Of a stretch of 47,440 nt of DNA, positions 12,217 to 24,090 are shown in pieces (position 1 is the stretch's first letter; each line of letters begins with the position of its first letter). The position numbers and the translations under genes were made by a program. The notes below the pieces were generated by a model. That model did no database searches. It was not told the DNA's origin and was given only the letters and a program-made list of their open reading frames with translations. The stretch covers positions 71,886,432 to 71,933,871 of the forward strand of contig NC_068989.1 of assembly GCF_001194135.2 (NCBI RefSeq), given 5' to 3'. The stretch comes from Octopus bimaculoides. Its lineage: Eukaryota.

Positions 12217-12350
12217 TTAAGTATCAACTTGTGTCCTTCTTCGCTTGTACAGGAAATAAAGAATTGTGGGTAACATCGACACAATGTTTAAGATGGAGAC
12301 TATATAAAAACTGATGGTGTAGTCATTGTTGTTATATTCTGTGATAACAC
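12217..12350 (-). CDS. SLC16/MCT-family transporter, last coding exon (TM12 and C-tail)
   Basis: Not in the ORF track. Acceptor ttctattctaatttcag|GT, phase 1. Reads GVITEYNNNDYTISFYIVSILNIVSMLPTILYFLYKRRRTQVDT-stop(TAA), matching the G-x-x-x-D/E...Y...FY pattern before SLC16 TM12, followed by a basic stop-transfer. Confidence 0.9.
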
Positions 12351-12658
12351 CTGAAATTAGAATAGAATATTCATGGAAATAAAAATACCAAAAAAGAGAA
12401 TATATAATTCATGAAGTACATGCAGAAGATCATAGTGTATCTATTCATTCTTGATACATTCCGGCAGATTCAAATGCGAATATCTGTTGCTTTTCTTCAT
12501 CAGAGAACACCTCTTCCCTTTAACAGATGTGTTCCAATCACATGTGACTCACTGGTGTATATTATGAACACACAGTGTCTAAAGGAGAGGAAAGATTCTC
12601 TGATAATGAACAACAAACAACAGCAACCAGATATCCATGTTAAAGTCTGCCAGAATTG

Positions 12659-13062
12659 TTAACCCTTTAGCATTTAAATTACTGTCAAACATAATGCTTA
12701 TTCATTCACATTGTTTTGAGTAAATTGTGCATTATCTTGTAGCTTCAAGACTTTAATGATGTGATTGTTTATTTTTTAGAATGATATTGTAGGTAGGTGT
12801 GAGTGGCCAAATCTAATTTGAACATTTAGTTACACAAAAACAGTTTGGACAACATATAGATAGAATATACTTTCACTGCTAAATTACATTTGCTTACTAC
12901 TGAAAAGGATACTGCTATGTGGTAGCTAGAAATGGCAACTAATACCCCTCATTTACTAACTAACCTGAATCAAGGCTCGTGAGATTCCCTACATCCTACA
13001 TCTGGTATGTGGCTGTTACAATATTTGCACTGGATATGGCCAGGTTAAATGCGAAATGGTTA
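12659..13062. mobile_element. piggyBac-like non-autonomous element (MITE) with an internal insertion
   Basis: Ends TTAACCCTTTAGCATTT ... AAATGCGAAATGGTTAA. Related copies at about 10352-10580, 13485-13580, 32755-32977, and a terminus at about 25190. Confidence 0.6.
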
Positions 13063-14169
13063 AGAATGAACTGATGTAATATTGTCAAGAAAAAAATAAA
13101 TAAAGGAAGAAAAGTATAAAACACACAAAAAAAATATTATAAGTAAAAATAAAGCTGAATGAAATGGGTGCAGAGGAATATGTTTTGTTTTATAAGATTC
13201 CTCATTCAATATATGTCATGTATAAATTAACTGCTAAGGTTTTTGAAGTTAATCATATGCAAAAAGTTGAGACAGAAAAAGAGTAGCAGGCCTTTCAACA
13301 AATCTGAACGATACAAATATAGTCTTTTACTCGATGAGTGATTCTATTATTATTTACACTGCAAAGTACTTGCCATTCTCTTTTCAAATATAGGTGCTAT
13401 AAATACCCTTTTCTACTCCAGGCACAAGGCCCAAATTTTTTGGGGAAGTAGCAGTCAATTAGATCAACCCCAGTATGCAATCGAAATCTCTCAGTTACAA
13501 GGTAACGCATGATTAATTCAAAACAATATAAATAAACAAATGTTACATTTGACAAAAGAATTTGAATACTCAAGGGTTAGAGACCCTGAAAGCTATGCAA
13601 GTGGACAAGTCAAAGGATCGAGACCAGACTAACATGAACCACCTCTTTCCAGAGGTTAAAATGGGTTTGTGTAGGGTCAATATCCCTACTTAAAACAAAA
13701 AGAGAGCAAAATTACAGAAGCATCAATGACAGTTCAAAAGCAACAGTGAAGATGAGTTGTCCATGGCCTCTGCTCCAGAAGGAATGAAGGACTTATGTGA
13801 GTAATAAACCTTTCTGCTATAGGCACAAGGCCTGAAATTCAGGGAAGGAGGATAGTTGATTACATTGATCTCAGTGCTTCACTGGAACTTATTTCACTGA
13901 CCCCAAAAGGATGAAAGGCAAAGTTGACTTTGATGGAATTAGAACTCAGAATGTAAGGATGGACCAAATGATAATAAGCATTTTGCCTGGCATGCTAACG
14001 ATTCTACCAGCTCACTGCCCCAAGTAAATAATAAAGCAACCCATAATGCAATTGTGAACCCAAGTTAAACAATAGGCATATGGTTTGAATCCTGTTATTG
14101 TTTGGGTCGGTTGCATTTTTCACTTTGAAATATGTGACTGTAATGTCTAATGATTAGTTAGTATTTTTT

Positions 14170-14528
14170 TTACCTCAACCTTCACTAAGGCAGATGTATT
14201 GTTTTCAGTTTTGTTTGTTTTGTCCTTGGACAAGATATCTCAAGAACCACTGGATGGATTTTGATGAAACTTTCAGGGATGTTTGGCCTCGTGATTGGCA
14301 CAAACTAATTAAAACTTGGGATCGATCTGGTACCAGACAAGGATTCTGGATTTTTTCCTGTGTTTTTTACTTAATTTTTGAGAGCGGCCGGGTTTCATTT
14401 TTAGCATTCTCGTTTGTGAGAGCAGTCGAGTTTATTTCAGATATTCTCATTTTAAAAATCATCTCTGGCTAATCGTTGAGAGGACGTTGGTGTTGCCTTG
14501 GCAGAAGTTTGAACTCTCTGAGTGCTCA
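14170..14528 (+). mobile_element. Non-autonomous element resembling Helentron/DINE-type (HINE) repeats
   Basis: Begins TTACCTC..CACTAAGG..GTATTGTTTTC, carries internal GGATTTTGATGAAACTT, and ends CCTTGGCAGAAGTTTGAACTCTCTGAGTGCT. This matches the short subterminal inverted-repeat layout of these elements. Family call from memory. Confidence 0.45.
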
Positions 14529-14818
14529 TTTATTTTTGTTTTTGATAGCTGCTTAACCCTAAATCAGCTTTAATCAAGTAGACATTTAATGACATAACTA
14601 TTTTAACATTGGCTGTCTGAACCCATCCCATCTTTTGCATATTTGCCTGACAGACAAGGAATCCAAAATAACATTCTCCAGCCCATTCTTTATCAAGATA
14701 ACAAGGTGTGATCTGAAGTAATTTCAACTGGTATGTCTAGTTGGTTGAGTGACTATATTCAGGCAACCTTGACTTATAATGATGCAAAGTCCTGCTGCCC
14801 TTGTAGCTTCTACACATA

Positions 14819-14864
<46 letters not shown>

Positions 14865-15274
14865 NNNNNNNNNNNNNNNNNNNNNNNNNNNNNNNNNNNN
14901 NNNNNNNNNNNNNNNNNNNNNNNNNNNNNNNNNNNNNNNNNNNNNNNNNNNNNNNNNNNNNNNNNNNNNNNNNNNNNNNNNNNNNNNNNNNNNNNNNNNN
15001 NNNNNNNNNNNNNNNNNNNNNNNNNNNNNNNNNNNNNNNNNNNNNNNNNNNNNNNNNNNNNNNNNNNNNNNNNNNNNNNNNNNNNNNNNNNNNNNNNNNN
15101 NNNNNNNNNNNNNNNNNNNNNNNNNNNNNNNNNNNNNNNNNNNNNNNNNNNNNNNNNNNNNNNNNNNNNNNNNNNNNNNNNNNNNNNNNNNNNNNNNNNN
15201 NNNNNNNNNNNNNNNNNNNNNNNNNNNNNNNNNNNNNNNNNNNNNNNNNNNNNNNNNNNNNNNNNNNNNNNNNN

Positions 15275-15326
<52 letters not shown>

Positions 15327-15954
15327 CATACACACACACACACATTCGCACATACATATATATATATACACATAATGGGTTTCTTTCAGTTTCTGTCAAC
15401 CAAATCTGCTCCCAGGCTTTGGTCAGCTCAAAGTTATAGTACAAGACACTTGCCTTGAATGAACCTTGAACCATGATGGAAACAAACTTTTTACTACACA
15501 ATCATGCCCACACCTCTCTAACCTAAAAGGTCCTTGTCTTGCAAGTTACTTGGCAACCCTGCTGATGCTCGTGCCATGTAAAAAGCACCTTTGCTGGTGT
15601 CATGTAAAAAGGGCATGAAGCCATAAAAACCATGCTAAAACAGACAATTCAAGTCTGGTGCAGCTCACTGGCTTACCAGCTCCTGTCAAACCATCGAACC
15701 CATGCCAGCATGGAAAACAGATGTTAAATGATTATGATGACACACATATATGAGTATATGAATATATATGATTGTAACAGCTGGTGCCCCCCTCACATCT
15801 AGTTATTCAGATTTGATGTTCCCATAGAATTTGAATTACGAGAGAGGTGCCATATGTTGTAATCATAAGTAATAGTCTCCCTTTGGCATTGTAGCTTGTT
15901 TAAAACCTTGTCTGTATTTAAGTACTACACATACACACAATGTGTATATGTGCA

Positions 15955-16001
<47 letters not shown>

Positions 16002-16769
16002 CATTATTTTTTCAATTATTTTTCCATTGGTTTTCATTTTATTTGATCTCATTATTTTATTTTAAAAATTTCATTTATATATGTGTGTGTGTACATGTAT
16101 GTCTATGTTTCTGTCTCATTATAACCTTTCATCATCTGACACATCACCTCCTCCAATGCCCCTCCCCTCTCAAGGGATCTTTGTCTTGCAAGTTACTTAG
16201 TGATCCTGCCTGTGCAGGTGCCACTCAAAAAGCACCCAGTCCATATTGTAAAGTGGTTGGCATTTGGAGGGGCATCCAGCTGCAAAAATCATGCCAAATC
16301 ACCTGTACGAGTGTCACATAAAAAGCAGTGGTTAGTGTTAGGAAGGGCATCCAACCATAAATGCCATGCCAAAACAGACACAGTAACCTGGCGTAGTCTT
16401 CTACCTGGCTGGCTCCTGTCAAACCATCCAACCTATGCCAGCATGGAAGGTGGACGTTAAATGATGATGATGACAATAATGAGGTACTCATGCTTATTGA
16501 TTTATTTATTTACTTGTATTTTATTTATTTATTTACTAATACACCTTTACTTTATACCCTGTTTACTACTATGTTGGTCGGTATTTTCCCTCTTCCTTTT
16601 TTTTCTCTCCCCCACTAGCTCTCTCTTTTCTTCCTTTTCTAAATACTTATTAATTACCTTGTCCTCTCTCTAAGTCAATATATTAGATCTCTGTGACAAA
16701 GCTCAATAAAGTGTTCCCCTGATGATCCAATGCATTGGGAACATCTAAATAACAGCACTGGTGAGACAT

Positions 16770-17065
16770 GTTGTTGGCACTCCGTCGAGGGTTCCAGTCG
16801 ATCTGATCAACGGAACAGCCTGCTCATGAAATTAACGTGCAAGTGGCTGAGCACTCCACAGACACGTGTACCCTTAACGTAGTTCTCGGGGATATTCAGC
16901 GTGACACAGAGTGTGACAAGGCTGGTCCTTTGAAATACAGGTGCACAGAAACAGGAAGTAAGAGTGAGAGAAAGTTGTGGTGAAAGAGTACAGCAGGGTT
17001 CACCACCATCCCCTGCCGGAGCCTCGTGGAGCTTTAGGTGTTTTCGCTCAATAAATACTCACACT
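16770..17065 (-). mobile_element. SINE family D, head-truncated
   Basis: Body nearly identical to 29154-29380. Confidence 0.88.
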
Positions 17066-17221
17066 CGTGTTTATCTTAATTTTCCACTACATAGGCTCTT
17101 TACATCAGAACTACTAACACTGCAAAGCAAAATGGCTGACTAACAACTATACTGAAGACTGACCAGATAATGATAATCTATGTGGAACTTTTACTACAGT
17201 AGTTGTACACACACACACACG

Positions 17222-17380
17222 AGCGGCTGTGTAGTAAGAAGCTTGCTTCTCAATAACATGGTTCTGGGTTCAGTCCCACTGTATGGCACCATGGGCAAGT
17301 GACTTCTGCTATACCCTCGGGCTGACTAAAGCCATATGAGTAGATTTGGAAGATGGAAACTGAAAGAAGCTCATTGTGTA

Positions 17381-17417
<37 letters not shown>

Positions 17418-17610
17418 ATGTCTTTATGTCAGTGTTTGTCCCCCACCACTGCTTGACAACTGTTGTTGGTGAATTTATATTCATGTAACTTAGCAGATCG
17501 GCCATAAAGACTGATAAAATAAGCCCTGGGGTTGATTTGTTTGACTAACATCCTTCAAGGTGGTGCCCCAGCATGGCTGCAAACAAATGACTGAAACAAG
17601 TAAAAGAAGA
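17222..17610 (+). mobile_element. tRNA-derived SINE, family A
   Basis: GGCTGTGTAGTAAGAAGCTTGC...GGGTTCAGTCCC...GACTGAAACAAGTAAAAG. Confidence 0.88.
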
Positions 17611-18201
17611 AACTGCAAGGATGACAGAGGAACGACTTCCGGTACAGGTGGCAGGGTTACTGCAAAATAGCAAAATCGGACAAGAGCATCTTCTGGATTT
17701 GTATTCTTTCGGTGGAGTTATTAAAATGTAGTAGGGGAATCTGAGTGTGTGCACTAGTTTATATAGGGTGGGGTCGTGGAGGAAGGGGAAGTGTTGGCGA
17801 AGCAAATAGTTATTAAAACAGAGAGAGAGGGGGCCAGAGTTAGGCTGGTCAAGGATAGAACACGAAGGAGAAAAGTATTCTTTTGGGATTTTGGGTAACA
17901 TGATTTAATGAGACAGCAAATGCTGATAATAGTGAAAGAGAATTGAAAAATCTGAGAGTTTTCAGTCAGCCAATCTGTGACAAAATTAGAGAAATAAGTG
18001 ACGAGGTGACAAACTTGAATAAATGAATAAGTGATGAATAGTAAATGTGCGAGAAGGAACTTAGGTTTGTTTTAAGACAACAGTGAAGAAGACGAAACTA
18101 TGTTTACATGGTAATGAAATAAATAGAATAACAAAAAGAACTAATAAGGGGTTTATGGTCTGCATGGAAATAGGTGTAGATGTACGAAGTTAAAAGAATA
18201 A

Positions 18202-18242
<41 letters not shown>

Positions 18243-18655
18243 GCACAAACACACACATGCATATAATACACACACACACACACCATTTTTGTCTATATAA
18301 CATCAATAACAAAAATCAGGGATGTGGTTTAGACATGAGGCCAAGAAATGTACTATAAAAGTTTTACACCAGTTATTTTATGCAAAATAAAAAGGTGCGC
18401 AACAAGAATGTATATATACGTATGCATGCATATCTCATATATACATACACATGCATGCATATATCATATACACTTACACATGCATATCTCATATATACTT
18501 ACACATATCTCTCTCTCTATCTGTCAATGTAACTCTATATACATATACATATATATAAAAAATAGTTTTACATATATCTATTAACACAAATTTGGTAGGG
18601 AAAAGATAAAAGAATTTTTCCTAAAAATAGCAGCAGAATTGCTGGAATTACTTAC

Positions 18656-19804
18656 CAACAGAAAATCCACTGAGAATAATACCTATTCCTGAAACTGTCT
18701 CTGACAAGCCTGTAGATAAGGAATAGAGTTCGAAGTTGAAGAAGTCCAAAACGACGACAGTATAAACCGAAAATGATATCCCAGACGTCAATATAAATAT
18801 GAATGTTACAATCGTTATGGCAGTAATAGAAGTTATAAATGGATAAATCAGACTAACCAGGCTACAGCTGATGATTGCGAATGAGAAAATCACCAAACTT
18901 GGCATCTTCAGATAAAGGAAGATAGATCCCAAAACACGGGAGATGATATCACCAATGGCACCTATTGAGAAAATCCATGCTCCTTGTTTTACAGATAGCC
19001 CTATTGAATAGCAGTAGTCTGGTAATATAGTTACTACAGTGGCCAAATTGCCAAAAGCTATAAATAAAGTACACAAAAACAGAACATAATTTTTGTTTGA
19101 TAAAAGAAACTGAAGTTTTTTCACAATATTTTGCTTTGGCATTTTTGAAATGTCAATTTGAGAATTTGATATTTTTGTAGTGTTACTTTTGATTGAATAA
19201 TTGCTAGTAGAATTTTGGGAACTCAAGTTACCATTCTGTTTGTAAAGTGGTGGTGTTTTCTCAATGTCTGAAATCTTAATTATCTCTTCTGGATAGTTTT
19301 TGCCGTTTATTTCGATAGTGGAATGGATTTTTTGTTTTGTCTCACATAATAATAATTCCTTTTCTTCAATAGTCAGATCATGAGTGTCTTCTGGTTGTAT
19401 GCAGTTGTTTTCTTTACACGTTCCTGAACTATCTAGCACACAGCTACAATTGCTGTCGCTAGTTGGCAATATTGGACTTTGGCTACTTTCTCTGGAGGTA
19501 AGTTTCTTTTTGTTGATGCCATTTTTACTTGGTTCTTTCTTTGACTGTTTTCGGCTTTTAAAATATTCTGTCTTTGTGGAAAATATTAAACCCAAAGGAA
19601 GACAATTAAGGACAGTTCCACCAAGAATAAGTAAACTTCCTTGCCAAGAGTAGATGTCTATCAAATATGATACAAATGAAGGGAAGATGATTAATCCGAA
19701 ACTTTCACCAAGGGTAATGAGGGAAATTAGAATTCGGCCAGTGTTTGGGAAGTGATATGCCAAAGCTGTGTTTGTAGAAATATATATTAAGGAACAGCCA
19801 GTGC
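18656..19804 (-). CDS. SLC16/MCT-family transporter, coding exon 4 (TM4 to TM11 with large central loop)
   Basis: Acceptor atatttcag|, donor GTTG|gtaagt; 1149 nt, phase 1-1. Extends ORF 18648-19763. Contains YSWQGSLLILGG..LNC (SLC16 TM6), a long hydrophilic loop, LPDY, and the TM8 GDIISR (D-x3-R) motif. Confidence 0.95.
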
Positions 19805-20288
19805 CTGAAATATATAGAAATTAGGTAAATGTAAATGTTTGTTTGGAAATGAGACAAAAAAAGAAGTACTCAATACAAAAAAAAAAAGTGCATTGTTTCT
19901 ATTTTGAAGCTGAAACTAGTTAATTGTAATTTGAGAAAGTTCAGCTTCAAAATAACACACACACATGCACACACTATGTATAAAGAAAAATAATACAAAT
20001 TTTTAAAATAAACAATCACATGATATATGTGTGTGCGTTAGGATTATGATGTTTCAAGTTGTGGGTGTAATCATCACAATAATGGTGAAGCAGTAACAGA
20101 AAATTTATTGGTAAAAGATGTTGATTCTTCTTTTTAAATCCTTTGCTCCCTATGGAGTATAGGCTATCAAGGACTTTTCTCTACTCTTCTTGACTCTTGG
20201 GTGTCTTCTCTAAGGAAAGGTCTTCCTCTCCCAGCTCTTGCTGGTTTTGCTTTGTCACCAGTGCTTCTGTAATTTTGATTTTTTTATA

Positions 20289-20677
20289 GGTAGGAGTGTT
20301 GGCTCTACACAAACCCATTTTTACCTCTGGGAAGAGATGGTCTATATTAGTATGGCCTCTATCAAAGGACAGAGGCCAAACTTTGGGAGGCCTTATCAGA
20401 AGCTTGTGCCCTGCCAAAGGTAGGAGTGTTGGCTCTACACAAACCCATTTTTACCTCTGGGAAGAGATGGTCCATATTAGTCTGGCCTCTATCAAAGGAC
20501 AGAGGCCAAACTTTGGGAGGCCTTATCAGAAGCTTGTGCCCTGCCAAAGGTAGGAGTGTTGGCTCTACACAAATCCATTTTTACCTCTGGGAAGAGATGG
20601 TCCATATTAGTGTGGCCTCTATCAAAGGACAGAGGCCAAACTTTGGGAGGCCTTATCAGAAGCTTATGCCCTGCCAA
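20289..20677. repeat. Three tandem 130-bp units inside a dispersed repeat
   Basis: Units start at 20289, 20419 and 20549 (GGTAGGAGTGTTGGCTCTACACAAA...) and differ by only a few substitutions. A single inverted homolog lies at about 13618-13770. Explains the overlapping ORFs at 20181-20831. Confidence 0.95.
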
Positions 20678-21653
20678 CACAGCTCTAAGGGTCAATGAAG
20701 CAGGCCACCACATCACAACAAGGACTGGGCCTTGTGAAAAAGAGATGAAAGCCAAATGTCATTGTACACCTTCCACATTTACTGTCAGCAGCACATCCTT
20801 AGAAGCATTCAAGAAGGACAAAACCTCTTAGAAATTCTCAAGAATTTGCAGGCTAATCAATGTGAAATTAATGATTGTAAAAAACATCCTCGATTGAACC
20901 AAAGACATAATCTGTATGGAGGACTCCTACCTACCTAGAATAGTAATCCATGGTTAGCAAAAGGGGGACCTCTTGTCAATGTGGAAGTTCTAAGAAGCAC
21001 TGGGAAATCCAGCTGAAGTACTGCTGTCAAACTGTATTAGCCCCTAAGGTGGCAGCCTGTCTTCGATAACATTGGTGGCATAGAGAAGGAAGACTTGAAG
21101 GTATGGGCAATTGTTAACCCAGATGGCCACGCATATAAATACAGGAACATGGTCAAACTTGACTATTGGAGCACCCTTTTCTTTTGATATTATGATAATA
21201 ATAATAATAATAATGGTTTCAAATGTTGGTACAAAGCCTGAAATTTCAAATGAGGGGCAAGTTGATTACATCAACCCCTGAGCTAAACTTAAGCATTTTA
21301 TTGACCCTGAAAGGATGAAAGGCAAAGTTGACCTCAATGGAATTTGAACCCATAACATAAAGAGAGACGAAAATACTACTAATCATTTTGTCTGGCATGC
21401 AAACAATTTTGCCAGCTCACCACCTTCAATAATAATAATAATAATAATATTTTCTACTATAGGCACAGGGCCTGGAATTTGAGGGGAGGGGGTAAGTCGA
21501 TTACATCAACCCCTGTGCATAACTGGTACTTACTTCATTGACCCTGAAAGGATGAAAGGCATAGTCGACCATGGCGGAATTTGAACTCAGAACATAAAGA
21601 CAGCTGTTAAGCATTTTGCCTGGCGTGCTAACAATTTATCCACCTTGCCGTCC

Positions 21654-21692
<39 letters not shown>

Positions 21693-22248
21693 TAATAACG
21701 ATCCCTACCACCAATACTACCATCTCCCCACTGTCATAATTGTCATCACCACAACACCACCATCATTTTATGCCTGTTTTCCATGCTAGCATGGGTTGGA
21801 CAGTTTGAAAAGGACACAGTGAGTTGGAGGACTGTGTTATGCTTCAATGTCTTGTTTTTGACATGGTTTCTATGGCTGGATGCCCTTCAAAATGTCAACC
21901 ACTTTACTGTTAGCACCAGGTTCCCTTTTCATTTTAGGCATCAGCACTAGTTTGGTCACCATGCAGCTTGCACCTCCTTCTCTATTATAGATGCTTCATT
22001 TGAAGGGTAGCTTCAAATGAGGTGCCCCCAGTAGAGAGGGAGGTGAAAACAGAACAGGTTTTGTTTGTAGAGGAGCAGCGAGGATACTCAGATTATAGAA
22101 GGGAGGGATAGAAGTAAGGAGGGTGGAGCTCAAATGAGAAATAATGGGGATAAGTTGTTAGGGGAGGGTGGGCTCTCATGATGTACAGTGACTACAAGTG
22201 AGTAGGAGTAGAAGAACAGGAAGGACAACAAAAAATAGGTTAGCTTAC

Positions 22249-22392
22249 CTGCAATGATTCCCAAGAAGAAGAGAATATATGGAACAGTAGGTACAAAACA
22301 ACATACAATAATACCTAAACTGAGTAATAGGCTGCCTGTAACCAGTGCTAATCGAATACCAAATTTTTCAACAATATATCCAGAGATTACAC
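22249..22392 (-). CDS. SLC16/MCT-family transporter, coding exon 3 (TM2 to TM4)
   Basis: Not in the ORF track. Acceptor ttttacctttgcag|, donor GCAG|gtaagc; 144 nt, phase 1-1. Reads GVISGYIVEKFGIRLALVTGSLLLSLGIIVCCFVPTVPYILFFLGIIA, containing the MFS loop 2-3 motif (G-x-x-x-E-K-F-G-x-R). Confidence 0.93.
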
Positions 22393-22435
22393 CTGCAAAG
22401 GTAAAAAAAATAAAATATTAATTAGGTCCACCATT

Positions 22436-22469
<34 letters not shown>

Positions 22470-22802
22470 TGTGCATGTAAGTGTATGAACAGGGCAGGCC
22501 AGAGAACCTTTGATCACATGCCTTATATGATCAGGATTCCCCTAGGCATGAAGCAATATCTACAACTCTGTTTGTGAGCAGAAAGATTTGTTTTGCACAT
22601 CACAGAAGGATAGAATGGATTAAGCGAAGCAGAAGGATACACATGGCTGGAAAGGGTCACTGAAGAAGTCACAGATGTGTGACAAAAGATTTCCAGACAA
22701 TGGACATAAGATAGAATAAGAACAATGATAAATGAGTGAAGAATGAATATATAGTGTGTGTGTTTATTTGGCAAGGAAAAAAAAATGACCATACCAAAAT
22801 AA

Positions 22803-22807
<5 letters not shown>

Positions 22808-22891
<84 letters not shown>
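22808..22891. repeat. (AT)n microsatellite, about 40 units
   Basis: Uninterrupted AT run. Other long (TA)/(CA)/(TG)/(GAT)/(AAT) tracts occur throughout, e.g. 1-26, 11428-11468, 15275-15345, 21655-21697 and 29700-30125. Confidence 0.95.
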
Positions 22892-22892
<1 letters not shown>

Positions 22893-23249
22893 ATTATTAA
22901 GGTGGTTATTCTCAGTAACCTTAATTATATATATACATATATATATATATATACACACACATACATATATATTATTAAGGTGGCTAGTCTCAGTACCCTT
23001 AAATATAATTATATATATATATACATATGTATGTATATATCTATATCTAATTTTCCAACAATCTCTCTCTCTCTATATATATATATATTTATATAATTGC
23101 CAACCAAGTATGGTGTCCTATATGGGACAGTGCTACTGACGTTTATAGCCCCAGGAAGACATCTCTTCCAGCTGACTAACGACACACATTCTGTGTCCAA
23201 GAGGGGAGGTAATTGCCCCCATCTCTAGCTTTATGTGATGCACACAGAT

Positions 23250-23440
23250 TCGAGTTTCTGGGTAGTTATCCATCCTCAGCTACTGATGAAAACTCACCCA
23301 ACTTGCAAATACCTTAGGAATAAGAACCCAAGTTTGAAATTTCCCCAAGACACTTGATGAAGGCTGGAAGGTATATCAGCCGAAACGTTGTGTTAACAAC
23401 AAACAAGATGAAGACAAGTATCCGTCAAACGTAAATAATG
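23250..23440 (+). mobile_element. Penelope-like terminal-repeat fragment carrying a minimal hammerhead-like motif
   Basis: ACAC-TTGATGA-A-GGCTG..CAGCC-GAAA-CG-TT-GTGT at 23350-23393. Confidence 0.55.
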
Positions 23441-23923
23441 TACTGGAAATAATTGTTAAGCCCTGGATAGACAGTGTATGCAATGGAAGGCCAGATGTGT
23501 TTCAGTAAGACTCTGCACTATCGCGCATGGCTTTAATAACACAGGAATGGATGGCTGAAAATTTTCATGATCACACAGCCTCTAACATTTGGCATCCTAA
23601 TTCCCCAGATCTCAATCCATTGGACTATTACACGTGGAGTGTTGTTGAGAGAGAGGTCATAACACCAAAGATTCTTTGAAAGCTGCCATAGTCAGAGTAA
23701 TGTCCAAAATGAACCAGGACCACTTGATTCGAGCATGTAGATGATTTAGATCTCATACAGAAGCAGTTATTGAAGCTGAAGGTTGCTTTATTGAATAACA
23801 ATTATGGAAAAGGTTTATTTTTATCCTCATAGCATTTTTTGATAAATAAAGGTATTATCTGTTATTAGATATCTATTTTTTTTAATAAACATAAATCTGT
23901 CCTCAAATATTTTACACACCCTG
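23441..23923 (+). mobile_element. Tc1/mariner-superfamily transposase remnant, DD37D (maT) type, with right terminus
   Basis: VKPWIDSVCNGRPDVFQ*DSA...WHPNSPDLNPLDYYTWSVVERE...EAVIEAEG.FIE, with exactly 37 residues between the second and third catalytic Asp. Ends ...ACACCCTG followed by TA. Confidence 0.88.
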
Positions 23924-23943
23924 TATATACACATAGTGTAATA

Positions 23944-23975
<32 letters not shown>

Positions 23976-24090
23976 GTGGATTTTCATCGATGAGTTCATG
24001 GACCTTGGTTCTTTTCCCTAAAACTATATATATATATTAGAAATATAATATTTCTAAATCTCTCAGAGAGATTTAAGCAGTAGTGGAGCG

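Noticed and set aside
20181-20831. Cluster of overlapping 60-90 aa ORFs; direct repeats that might suggest a CRISPR-like array
   Set aside because: Head-to-tail 130-bp tandem units with no unique spacers, in eukaryotic intron DNA.
21996-22020. 10-bp stem TCATTTGAAG/CTTCAAATGA with a 5-nt loop
   Set aside because: Short, AT-rich and within degenerate repeat DNA; expected by chance or as a repeat relic.
23245-23285. Minus-strand CTGAGGA...GAAACTCGAATC hammerhead-like string
   Set aside because: No stem I pairing and a broken stem III; too degenerate to support.
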